From NCBI GenBank assembly GCA_977017575.1, contig CDRNVI010000008.1, positions 186,001 to 250,000 on the forward strand: a stretch of 64,000 bases of DNA. Direction: 5' to 3'. Both the position numbers and the translations under genes were made by a program. The notes under the pieces were generated by a model. The model did not search any database. It was not told the DNA's origin and saw only the letters and a list, made by a program, of their open reading frames with translations. Source of the DNA: Paramoeba atlantica. Lineage: Eukaryota > Protista > Discosea. Shown here one piece after another: positions 10,489 to 20,181 of the stretch (its first letter is position 1; each line of letters starts with the position of its first letter).

Positions 10489-13400
10489 ATGAGTTCTGAT
10501 TTTACCGATATTCCGCACTCTAGTCGAAGTGAAGAGATGACGCAAAATTTAACAACTTCCGTAAATAGCACACTTCTTTCCGCTCAGGCTGAACCTTACA
10601 TCCCATCTTCCTCTGTTCGCATAAAGCCTTCTCCACCATCCAAAATGTCGAGCTCTCGCAAATCGCGCACTAAAACTAAATTAAAGAATGCCGTTAATCT
10701 ACCTCCCTTCTCCTTCCCCGTATTGCCCACCCTCTCACAAACGCCAAACCCAATCCCTTCTTTTGGACTGGCTCATCCCCCCGTTCTCCCCCTCTCCTCT
10801 GGGTTTGCTTCCCCCGGTTCCCACAGCACGACTCGATCCTTTCGCTCGGAAACACCTTCCACTCAGCTCCCTTTCCCATCTCTTCCCCTCCCCACCTCGA
10901 CATCCTTTACTCCCTTTTCCCACTCTTTTGGTTTCGGTCTTCCTTCTCTCTTTGCGACCCCCTCGGCGAATTTGTCTTCCATAGGCACCACTCCCTCCAT
11001 CCCGCTCTCTACTACCCCCACTAAACCTCAAAATATTCCCCTCATGCCCTTTCTCACCCCATTACCTCATCGAACCTCTCAAATCAAAATATTGACAGAC
11101 CGCGTCGATCCTATGTTGACCCCTCCCGCACTGTCAACCGTGTCGGCTTCACAAAAAGCTGAGTCCTCAATCAATACGCCTTCTTTAAATGCATGTATGA
11201 CTTCTTCCTTAAATGCTTCTTCAAAAGGTCTTTTTCCGCATCTTCCCGACAATACTACTGCAATGGAATCTCAACACGACACCTCCCCGAGTCGTTTTCT
11301 CGCCTATCAAACACCTCAACCCAAGACGTACCCCAAAAAGAAGAACGAAAGAACAAACTCCAAAAAGAAATCAGTCTCTCCTCACTCTATCCATCCCACT
11401 CCAAATAGGGCAGCAAACATTTTCACACATTCCCCCGAAAAACAACAAAACCTTTTTCCTTCCAACACAGCGCCATTTTCAACCCTCCACAACGAAACCA
11501 CACAAACCGAACCTCCTTTGATTCAAATCAGCCCAATGGCGCCAAGACATTTTAAGTCGCCTTCTCCCCCTGCTGTCATTCTCCTCCTCGGGGTCTGTGG
11601 CAGCGGCAAGACCACCCAGGGACGGTTGCTGGCCCGCAACCACCCGTTTTTATTTTTCAGCGGAGGGGAGACGCTGCGGCAGTTGTCCACACAAACCACA
11701 CACAACTGGTCACTTCGTGTGCTCGCGAGTGAGGCGCTGGCGGCACAGTTAGCGCTGCTGGGGAAACCGGAGAGCGCGTACGGCAGTTCTAAAATGGAGG
11801 CTAAGCACGCAAGTAGAAATACAAGTAGATATAGAGGCATTGTGATTGACCGTCAGGGGAAATCTGTAGAGGACTTTTGTTATCTATTGCACACCTTGCG
11901 TTCCAATGGGTTAAGGTTAAATGCGGTGGCGGTGTTAGCCCTGCAGGGGGAGATTGCAAAAAAACGTATGATGCAGCGGGAAGAGGAGGAAAAGGGAGAG
12001 AGGAAAAACAAAGAGGAGAAAAAGGGGGGAGTCGAGGCGGCAAGACCCGAAAGCGGCGACGCATATGCGATTGGGGAGCGCATCAAGGCGACGGAAGCAC
12101 TGACCCGACGTTGTGTGCGGTTTATTTCGCAAGTGGATAGATCTCGAGAGTTGGTGTGTGTTGTGGATACCACAGATAGCGTAGAATTGTCTCATCAAAC
12201 GCTTTGTTTTTCTGTGGCGCATTTGTTCACGCCAAGTATTCAACAGCGGGTTGCTGAAATTGATTTTTTCCCGCAGTCCACAGTGGGACCTATTGAACTT
12301 GTAGAGAGTTCAAAAGAATATGCCGAGGTCTTGGATCGCCTATTGCATTTGCTCGCATGTGAGAAGGCAGCGAAGTTTCCCGGAACCGTCACAAGTCACT
12401 ACGCAACGAAGAAATTTTTAGAGGAACGTCAGATTTCATCCCATCGCACTGATTATCGTATCTTTCACCGATATGAGGGTCTACGATGTCTTTGTCTGAT
12501 CTCACCCAACACCCCTGGAGGTTATCTTATTCCTCGGCACATGAAATGCATTTATCGAATTCGATCCGGAGTGTGGAATGAGGATCCCTTTGTGAAGCAG
12601 AAATTAACGACTCTAGATGGAGATTTCATCTTGGACGGAGAACTGGTTCCCATTTGTGCTTCAGGCTTCCCCGGTCACCCCCTTCAGTGGACACGTCCCG
12701 ACAGTGGGATATCCTCTTTTTTATATTCCGTCTCTGACCTTCTTATGTCTAATGGTCAGCTGGCCACACGTCGGTCCTGGGAGGAACGTCACTCGCTTCT
12801 TAACCAAATACTTCACGTGGAGAATGAATTTCTCACGAGTTTGCTTCATACTTCACGTGTTTCTTTTTTGTTCTTGTCTAAAGGTGCCTTTCGGATTTCA
12901 CAAGTCGAGGAGGCCTTGGAAAACACTCATCGCATTCCAGAGTTAAAAGTGGAAAGTTATTTTTTTCAACACAACGGGGAGTACCGCATGGGATGGGACG
13001 AGAACATTGCCATTTGGAAGCCACTGCATTTGCTTAGCTTTGATTTTCGCGTTGGGGATGTGCAATCACTTGAGGATAACGCAACCGCTCGGCTTTCTCT
13101 CGAATGTTTAGTCCATGAGTCAGGAACGCGTGCACGATACGTCCCGATTCCTCCCTCCGATGTTGTCGAGGCTCCGCTGCACGAAACAACGCGATTTGAT
13201 CTTGAATTTGGCTCCATTGTGGAGTGCACACTGTTTGCCAGAGTCGATGGGTCGTATATTCGTCAACTTCACTTTCTTCGCGTGAACTACGAGAAAACAG
13301 CGTCCGGTACCAAATCTCAACTGGACGAGCTAAGTCACCTACGGCTTCATCTAGCAACGAAGGCCGACTTAGCACATTTCTTGACCTTCAGAAACGCTGT

Positions 13401-14409
13401 GAGTACTTCTCCTGCCCACTCCCCTGCGGCTTCACAAATTCATCGATCGCAATGGGGTACTCGAGGGCTTGTCGACGCGCATCTCTCTCCGTCATTTCAA
13501 TCTCCTTCAACCCGCTCTCCTATATTATTTGCCTCCAATCGTCCACGATCGGGGCTTGTGAATTCATCTCTACGTGAGATGACTACCTCACAAACGAGTG
13601 AAAACAAAATCAAAGCAGAATCACAAACTTTACAAAACGAATACGCACAAATCTCAACAAAAAGGGAATCAGGAGAGGAAATACAACCTCTTGTCGCTCC
13701 TATTTTTGAAATGGATACAAGAAGTTCGTCGATGTCCAGTCATTCCTCCACCCGAGATATCTCACCCGAGTTCGGGGTTCTGCCGCCTTCCTATGCGAGA
13801 GCTCTTGATCCTTCCTCTGTGAGTCATCTCTCTTCAACCAGCAACCAAATCGTATCTACAAATTCTGAAAAAACTAGCACAGTTTTTGGGACTAAAAAAT
13901 CTTCATGTGAAACAAATGCTACGAAAAATTTCAGCCCTGAAACGAGCAAACACACAAATTCCAATACAAAACCAATGCAAACGAAACGAGAGCCACAACC
14001 CGAAACTGACGCCTCTCAAGTGGCTTCTGAAACGAATCGTTTGGCAATTTCCTCTGCCTCCGACAAACCTAAAACGGGTCCACGAAAATGTATGGAATGC
14101 GACAAACCAGCTCCTGGACGCACCGACGACCGGTCGGCGACATCCGGGATGTTTTACTGTTTCTCCTGCTGGCGAAAATACGGCCAAGACCACTGCCACG
14201 GGTGCCGAAAGTTTCGTGAGGTTCACCCATGGAAAGGGTATAGTGTCTGCAGGGGCTGTTCTCACCTGTACGGGTGTTGTTCTGCCTGTGGAAAACCGCG
14301 AAAAGGCAGGGAAGACGCGGATGCCAAGTTTTACTGCGACCATTGTTGGTCGGAGTATAGGTACGAATGGAGTAATTACAAATCCAAGCATCGAAATTCG
14401 AAAAAATAG
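10489..14409 (+). CDS. CE1: Kinetoplastid CE1-like capping enzyme: adenylate-kinase-like P-loop domain, guanylyltransferase-fold domain and Cys-rich C-terminus
   Basis: GVCGSGKTTQG P-loop. GTase motifs: I YRIFHRYEGLR, III FILDGELV, IIIa LYSVSDLL, V IWKPLHLLSFDF. Several CxxC pairs at the C-terminus. ATG 10489 follows ...tttttgttttcag. Confidence 0.75.
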   Translation: MSSDFTDIPHSSRSEEMTQNLTTSVNSTLLSAQAEPYIPSSSVRIKPSPPSKMSSSRKSRTKTKLKNAVNLPPFSFPVLPTLSQTPNPIPSFGLAHPPVLPLSSGFASPGSHSTTRSFRSETPSTQLPFPSLPLPTSTSFTPFSHSFGFGLPSLFATPSANLSSIGTTPSIPLSTTPTKPQNIPLMPFLTPLPHRTSQIKILTDRVDPMLTPPALSTVSASQKAESSINTPSLNACMTSSLNASSKGLFPHLPDNTTAMESQHDTSPSRFLAYQTPQPKTYPKKKNERTNSKKKSVSPHSIHPTPNRAANIFTHSPEKQQNLFPSNTAPFSTLHNETTQTEPPLIQISPMAPRHFKSPSPPAVILLLGVCGSGKTTQGRLLARNHPFLFFSGGETLRQLSTQTTHNWSLRVLASEALAAQLALLGKPESAYGSSKMEAKHASRNTSRYRGIVIDRQGKSVEDFCYLLHTLRSNGLRLNAVAVLALQGEIAKKRMMQREEEEKGERKNKEEKKGGVEAARPESGDAYAIGERIKATEALTRRCVRFISQVDRSRELVCVVDTTDSVELSHQTLCFSVAHLFTPSIQQRVAEIDFFPQSTVGPIELVESSKEYAEVLDRLLHLLACEKAAKFPGTVTSHYATKKFLEERQISSHRTDYRIFHRYEGLRCLCLISPNTPGGYLIPRHMKCIYRIRSGVWNEDPFVKQKLTTLDGDFILDGELVPICASGFPGHPLQWTRPDSGISSFLYSVSDLLMSNGQLATRRSWEERHSLLNQILHVENEFLTSLLHTSRVSFLFLSKGAFRISQVEEALENTHRIPELKVESYFFQHNGEYRMGWDENIAIWKPLHLLSFDFRVGDVQSLEDNATARLSLECLVHESGTRARYVPIPPSDVVEAPLHETTRFDLEFGSIVECTLFARVDGSYIRQLHFLRVNYEKTASGTKSQLDELSHLRLHLATKADLAHFLTFRNAVSTSPAHSPAASQIHRSQWGTRGLVDAHLSPSFQSPSTRSPILFASNRPRSGLVNSSLREMTTSQTSENKIKAESQTLQNEYAQISTKRESGEEIQPLVAPIFEMDTRSSSMSSHSSTRDISPEFGVLPPSYARALDPSSVSHLSSTSNQIVSTNSEKTSTVFGTKKSSCETNATKNFSPETSKHTNSNTKPMQTKREPQPETDASQVASETNRLAISSASDKPKTGPRKCMECDKPAPGRTDDRSATSGMFYCFSCWRKYGQDHCHGCRKFREVHPWKGYSVCRGCSHLYGCCSACGKPRKGREDADAKFYCDHCWSEYRYEWSNYKSKHRNSKK

Positions 14410-15098
14410 GTGAAGGGAGCGGAGCGTCATAAAAACCGCGAAGAGCGCATTGATTAGTCATAAACGCGAAGAGTGGAGAATACAGTGTATATACAGAATA
14501 CGTATGTACCCCTAAGGGAGCACCTAACGCCTATAATACTGGATTTGTAACCCTCTTTTTTCCGCCAACACAAATGTTTAGTAGCATTCACTGACCCGTT
14601 TTCATTTAATTAAGCACTTCCGCACTCTTTGTAGTGCTATATGATGCTTTACATACATGTATGTACATACGATTGTTTGTCTTCTTTTCTCAACCTCGAC
14701 TTTAGCTATTTGACTATACGTGGAGTATGGAATATAGCTTTTAGCTTTGTCATTCGTGTTTTTTCTATCTTTTTCTTTTCTCGAGAGGTTTATTATGAAT
14801 TGTAAATCATAAACTTATTTTTTATCCGATAAACGGTGTACTATTTGAAAGCAAGACTTGGAAAGGTGTTACTTTTCCAGCTTCTTCCTTCAGTAGTTTG
14901 TGCATAAGAAATGTTTTATTTTTTCCTAAACACTTCAAAGTTTATTAGCCTAAAAAGTTTAAAACCTAAATGGTTCAAATTTTCTTTCGCTGTTTCTAAG
15001 AAATTGATTAATGAAAAAAAGCTTTGTACTCCTAAGCTATAGTCGTTTTTCTGACTCTATTTTCTAGTTTTTTTCTGCATTGTACACAACATGCCTTC

Positions 15099-17012
15099 AT
15101 GATCGCTTCTAAAGTCAAAGAATTCGCATCATCTTCTCAAACTGTTGAGGAGTTTTTATCTCTTTATTCCTCACAGCATTCCCTTTCAGTTCTCCAAAAG
15201 GAAATTAATGCTTTAAAAACTGATCTGAATAGCCAAAAAAATGAAAAGCTACGCGCTATATGGTTTGATCTCGTCTGTCCATTCTTAGAAGATGCTCCAA
15301 GTATTGGGCGGGAAATTGACATTTTGGTTCAAACGATATCGCGCGAACTGAAAGATGTTGCTCACGTAGCTTCAAAAACTATCGCATTGCATCCCGATGC
15401 TCATTTCACTAAAAAAGTTAACAGGAGCGACTCGTCTTCCCCAGACATTAACAGTACCTTATCCGAACTTAAAGCTTTACAAGCCGCCAATCAGCCAGTA
15501 CAACTTCCACTTTTACAGGAGGCATTGCTTTGCATAGAGATAAGCAAAATGGATGCTTTTTCACAGTGTAGCACAGAGTCAGAAGCTGAAGCAAATGTGT
15601 CTCAGCTTCTGAGGTCCTACTCCTTTCATTTGGATAAATATTTTGTGAAATGTTGTCTCGAAAAAGAACAAAATTCCTACCACACATGCCTTGCGCTATA
15701 TTTCAACGCGGGGTTGGTTTCGCACGCACAACACACATTTCGACAAGAAATCCTTTTACCTTATGTTTCCAATTTATCGAACCGCGTTGACATTTCCTGT
15801 AGAAATGTTTTACTTCGTGTATCCAAAGAATTGCACGACACCTTTTCTTCCCTGATCAATGCCTCCCACAAAGTATCCAATACGTTTTTTCTTGCCGGTC
15901 TTTGCCTATGGCCTATTCTTTCCGAGCATATTATGGATCACTACACAGAAGTGTTTGCGTTTGACGACGCTCCTTCATTCATCGAAAGAGGCCAACAAAG
16001 CACTACTTTTATTAAATGCATTTCTTCACTCTGTCAAAGTTCGACCGAGAGAGACGAAATGCTTTCTAGTCCACAAAAAATACGGTGGGATCAAAAGTGG
16101 GAGATGAATTCATATTGTGAGGCACTGGCGAGAATTTTAGAAGCTAATACCGTGCGCATTTCGAAGGTGAATTCATCAGAAGACCTTGATGAAATTTTTC
16201 GTTCTGCGTTTGATCTTTTTCGTCCCTCATTCTTCATATTGGAATTGGCTGGCCGTCTCACCCACTTAACCTTCTTAGCGCTGCAGCGAATGACCAAAGC
16301 GATACATGAACTTACTTTTCTGCAACTTGATTCGTCGTCCGCAACCTTCGAATATTTTTATTCTTTTTTGACCTTTTTACGCTCTTTCCCGAATTGGTTT
16401 CCAGAAATTGTGTGTGATACACTCGACAAATCTCTCGTTTTGGAGGTTCAAACTATTGTTTTGAGTGAGTATCTCCTACCTGTATGCAATGACTTTCGCC
16501 ATCAGCTTTTTAATCAGATTAAAGCCGAATGCTCCAAGGAGTTGCCTACTGTTTCTTCCTTCACCGAACAGCATACCGCTGAACAAACATTCGAACTTCA
16601 TGCTAGTTTGATTTATGTAGAAAAGCTCTGGAATCCGATTCTTCGATTCTGTGAGCGCATCGAGAAATCTTCTGTTCCGTTTCAAACTGAGGCAAAGCAA
16701 CTTGCCTGGGTTGAGCATATTTCCTCGCAGCTTGCTGAAATATATCACGACAAGGTATCCGAGGTGTGGGTGACTTGTTGCAATGCAGAAAGAAGGTTTG
16801 ACGCATATTGTGCGCGATATCAGATTGTATCATCACCTACGAGTCCTTTGTTGAATGGAAATACAGCCCGGGTGCGCTTCCAGCTACGGCGAGATATTGA
16901 GTGCTTTCTCGCTATTTTTACTCGTGTTACAAATATGAGTGTCGAAAATGCTTCCTATCGCATTCTGCGTTCTTTACTTGATGAATTATTCTTGCCGAAT
17001 GAGATTTCGTAA
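15099..17012 (+). CDS. COG2: Conserved oligomeric Golgi complex subunit 2-like
   Basis: N-terminal VEEFL...SLSVLQKEI and central LWPIL...VFAFDDAPSF...FIKCISSLC...KWEMNSY match my recollection of the COG2 pattern. Confidence 0.65.
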   Translation: MIASKVKEFASSSQTVEEFLSLYSSQHSLSVLQKEINALKTDLNSQKNEKLRAIWFDLVCPFLEDAPSIGREIDILVQTISRELKDVAHVASKTIALHPDAHFTKKVNRSDSSSPDINSTLSELKALQAANQPVQLPLLQEALLCIEISKMDAFSQCSTESEAEANVSQLLRSYSFHLDKYFVKCCLEKEQNSYHTCLALYFNAGLVSHAQHTFRQEILLPYVSNLSNRVDISCRNVLLRVSKELHDTFSSLINASHKVSNTFFLAGLCLWPILSEHIMDHYTEVFAFDDAPSFIERGQQSTTFIKCISSLCQSSTERDEMLSSPQKIRWDQKWEMNSYCEALARILEANTVRISKVNSSEDLDEIFRSAFDLFRPSFFILELAGRLTHLTFLALQRMTKAIHELTFLQLDSSSATFEYFYSFLTFLRSFPNWFPEIVCDTLDKSLVLEVQTIVLSEYLLPVCNDFRHQLFNQIKAECSKELPTVSSFTEQHTAEQTFELHASLIYVEKLWNPILRFCERIEKSSVPFQTEAKQLAWVEHISSQLAEIYHDKVSEVWVTCCNAERRFDAYCARYQIVSSPTSPLLNGNTARVRFQLRRDIECFLAIFTRVTNMSVENASYRILRSLLDELFLPNEIS

Positions 17013-17455
17013 CCCCCTTGCTCATAAACCTCGCGTCACGAAAAGTGACTCCCACTTTTTCTCTTGCAAGTGTCCAACTGAGCTAATTTTTGTTGCATTT
17101 TGAAGATCTCAACGCAAAGACTTTGCGCTTTAAGAAACGGAATAACAATCTCGAATGTGTATCTCTGAAAAGAGAATTACCACTTTTTCGCCCTCTTTAA
17201 AATACCGACTTCTTCACTCTTTCAAAAATGAAAGTTTTAAAAAAACTGTTCTATGTTTTTTTTGTTTTTCAAAGATACACCCCAGCCACATTTTTTTGGC
17301 GTTTTTGTGTAATTTTTGGATTTCTTAATATAGCTGTGCCTTCTTAATATACGTATACCTTCGTAATATACCGGGGGGTATGGTAAGCTGGGCAGTGGTT
17401 TAGTTCATATGTGAATTCTTCTCTGCACTCTTTTTTCTTTCGTACACACTTTTCA

Positions 17456-18271
17456 ATGGGTGTACAGTTCAGCTCTCCGAGTAGCGTCGAAGGATTTCAG
17501 GTTGTGCACGTTAAACCTGAGACACCCGCACACCGCTGTGGCTTACTTCCTTACTTTGATTTTATTCTTTCCGTTGACGATATGCCTTTGGATGCAGAGA
17601 ATAAACACTTGTTTCCAGCTCACATAGGACGAAAAGTCGACAACGAAGAAGTGGACCTTAAAGTCTATAATCTCAAAGTGAAACAAAGTCGCAATGTTTC
17701 CTTGGCTCTTGGCCGATCGTCTTCGGGTCAGGGTGAGATGGGGTGTAGTATTACGTGGAATAGTGTGGAAAACGCAGAACAATGTGTTTGGCACGTGACA
17801 AGTGTCGCATCAGAAAGTGCAGCTGCGCAGGCGGGTATTCTCTCAGAGCGTCATTTTCTGTTGGGCATGGAAATATTGAGCCTCGTTGAGGAGAAATCTA
17901 GGCCAATGATGCTGTTTTCAAAGCCATCCGACTTTCGTGAACGTCTGGAAAAGTGGAGCGCACAGCGAATCCGTCTGTTACCTAAATGCCACGAGAAGTC
18001 GGGGAAAATTTTGTTTCTTGTGTATGATACGATTACCAACACAATTTCCGAAGTTTGTCTTGTTCTTCAAGATATTTCTCTTGGAATAGATGTTGGTAAT
18101 GGTTATATGCACTCTATTCCAGTTTCGACACAGCTTCCTCTCTTAGAGACTTTTCATGAAAATAATAGAGTTGATACGAGCCTTCCACATGTCCCAGAAT
18201 CTTCTTCATCTAGCCTTGCTGACCAGCCCACATATTCTGATTCTTTCGATAATTTTAGACCAACAATATGA
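17456..18271 (+). CDS. GRASP: Golgi reassembly stacking protein (GRASP55/65 family)
   Basis: Met-Gly start, GFQVVHVKPETPAHRCGLLPYFDFIL, second PDZ WHVTSV-x3-SAAAQAG, LGIDVGNGYMHSIP. Confidence 0.9.
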   Translation: MGVQFSSPSSVEGFQVVHVKPETPAHRCGLLPYFDFILSVDDMPLDAENKHLFPAHIGRKVDNEEVDLKVYNLKVKQSRNVSLALGRSSSGQGEMGCSITWNSVENAEQCVWHVTSVASESAAAQAGILSERHFLLGMEILSLVEEKSRPMMLFSKPSDFRERLEKWSAQRIRLLPKCHEKSGKILFLVYDTITNTISEVCLVLQDISLGIDVGNGYMHSIPVSTQLPLLETFHENNRVDTSLPHVPESSSSSLADQPTYSDSFDNFRPTI

Positions 18272-18410
18272 AATGATAATCAGCTTTGAACGTCTTTGAA
18301 AACCATTTTACCTATTTTTGTAGGGTAATACTACTCCATAATACCACAACAACTGCTGTATTCGATTCTCTCGAACCTCTATCATAGTCTCATTCTCTTA
18401 ACGTGGTGTA

Positions 18411-19978
18411 ATGTTCTTACTACCGTTTGCAGACAACTCAGCTCCTGTCTCAAAAAGACGTAAAACTGAAAGCGCTTTCTCAGACTCCGCCTCCCCAATT
18501 CCCAAAACAACTGCATCCAAAGTCCGGGGCGTCGCACTTCCCCAAGAATTTGAAATGGATTACTTTTTACGCAACATTACAAATCGTCATCCCTCATGGA
18601 ACACTGATCGGTCCCTTTGTAAGTGGGAAGGTGTCCTGTGTTGGAAGGAAGGAAAGGTGTCTGAGGTTCGCTGGGGGAATTATCCGATTGACGGTACCCT
18701 TTGGTGGGACAGCACACCCCACTCCTTGCTGCGTCTTGAATTACACTGCGGTATATTCCGTGAAAACGCTCTTTGCGGTGATGTGAAGCTCGCTGCTCTC
18801 CCGGACTCTCTGGAGCGACTCTATCTATGGGGTCAATCCTTTTCAGGAGAAATTGATACTCGTAGCTTGCCTCGCTCTCTGCTCATATTGCAGGCATATC
18901 TCAACAAGTTCTCAGGAAGTCTTGACCTCACAATCCTTCCCTCTGGACTGTTTCAAGCGTTTCTTAACAACAATCAATTTGAAGGAGAAATTAATCTCCG
19001 TGTGTTGCCAGCGTCATTGGAACAGCTAAGCCTTTCGTGGAATCATTTTACCGGTATTGTGGATATTTCTTCCCTTCCAGAAGTCATGTTCTCGCTCTGC
19101 CATAAATGGGATCCGGAATGCGAAGATCTCCCGCTTTGTAGCATCCGTCATGACTCTTACACCGCTCCCTTCCCGAGCAGCGCTTGTTCAATGGGGCCGC
19201 AGCACCTACAGTAACATGAAATGCCCTATTTGCAACGACCGAGTGCAAACCGTCAGACACACCCTTTCCGCCTGCACCACTTCACTTCAGCAAGGACGAT
19301 ATACTTTCCGTCATAACCTTGTCCTTGCCGAATTTGCGAAACATATTAGGGAAGCACAGGGAACTGAGTTTTCATATTTCGACCTACCAGGAGAGCGTAA
19401 CCCACCAGCTTGGCTGAGGGAACACGATACACTGCTCCGTCCCGACGGTTACATTAAACTTCACAATGGGACAGAGTTCCTCATCGAACTCACAGTCCCA
19501 TGGGAGGAGAATGCGGAGAACGCTCATCGGAGAAAATCCGAGAAGTACAACATTCTTTTACATACACGGCGACAGGAAAACCCGGACACCTACATAACAG
19601 CCTTTGAAATAGGTGCCCGGGGATTCCCCAATGGGTCATGCAAATATATTAATGCCATCTTTAACGGCGACCATATTTTGGCCACAAAGTGTCGAGAAAA
19701 CATGACACAGATGGCCCTCAGGGGGAGTTACATACTCTGGGCTCGCCGAAATGAGGCGACATGGTCGGAGGAGGAAACGTATTGACATTGTCTTCTAAAA
19801 AGGGGGCAATCCCGTTGAATGCGGGTCATACCCCCGACTTACTCTACTGGAAAGTATGAAAAAATAAAATCTTAGAGGAAATAATTTTGAAAGCATTGTA
19901 CCCCTCCCCTTTCCCGACTTCGTGGAAGTGGGAGATACACGTGTAAGTACATGGCGAAAACACATTCCTGGAAAATAA
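18411..19978 (+). pseudogene. Leucine-rich repeat gene split by a retroelement (5' part 18411-19097, 3' part 19868-19978)
   Basis: Removing 19098-19867 restores SLPEVMFSL|NLRGNNFESIVPLPFP...GK*, a proper LxxLxLxxNxF repeat. Confidence 0.8.
19098..19867 (+). mobile_element. 5'-truncated non-LTR retrotransposon with restriction-like endonuclease (R2/NeSL/HERO-like group)
   Basis: CCHC knuckle CPIC-x8-H-x4-C, RYTFRHNLVL, PD...IELTVPWEE...RKSEKY, stop at 19785, stem-loop 3' UTR (~19801-19836) and A-rich tail. Confidence 0.88.
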
Positions 19979-20159
19979 AAGAGTAAAAGGCGTACCTTTA
20001 AAAAAAATCTTTGAATTTCTGAACGTTAACACAAAAGGGGAATCCGTTTTTTTGTGCCTCGTTGGAAACAGTGTAGGCTTCCTATCTTTTTTTCTCTGTT
20101 TAAGGGTACATGTCAAACTATCGAAAAGCAACTCGATTTTTTTTCTAGCCTTCGCTCAT

Positions 20160-20181
20160 TTATTTCTTTTTACTTGTCAGC
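20160..20181 (+). promoter_or_regulatory. Putative trans-splice acceptor (pyrimidine tract + AG); similar tracts precede the genes at 2301, 10489, 15099, 17456 and 32014
   Basis: ttatttctttttacttgtcAG immediately before CATG of NOC3; fits the intron-less, unidirectional gene layout. Confidence 0.5.
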
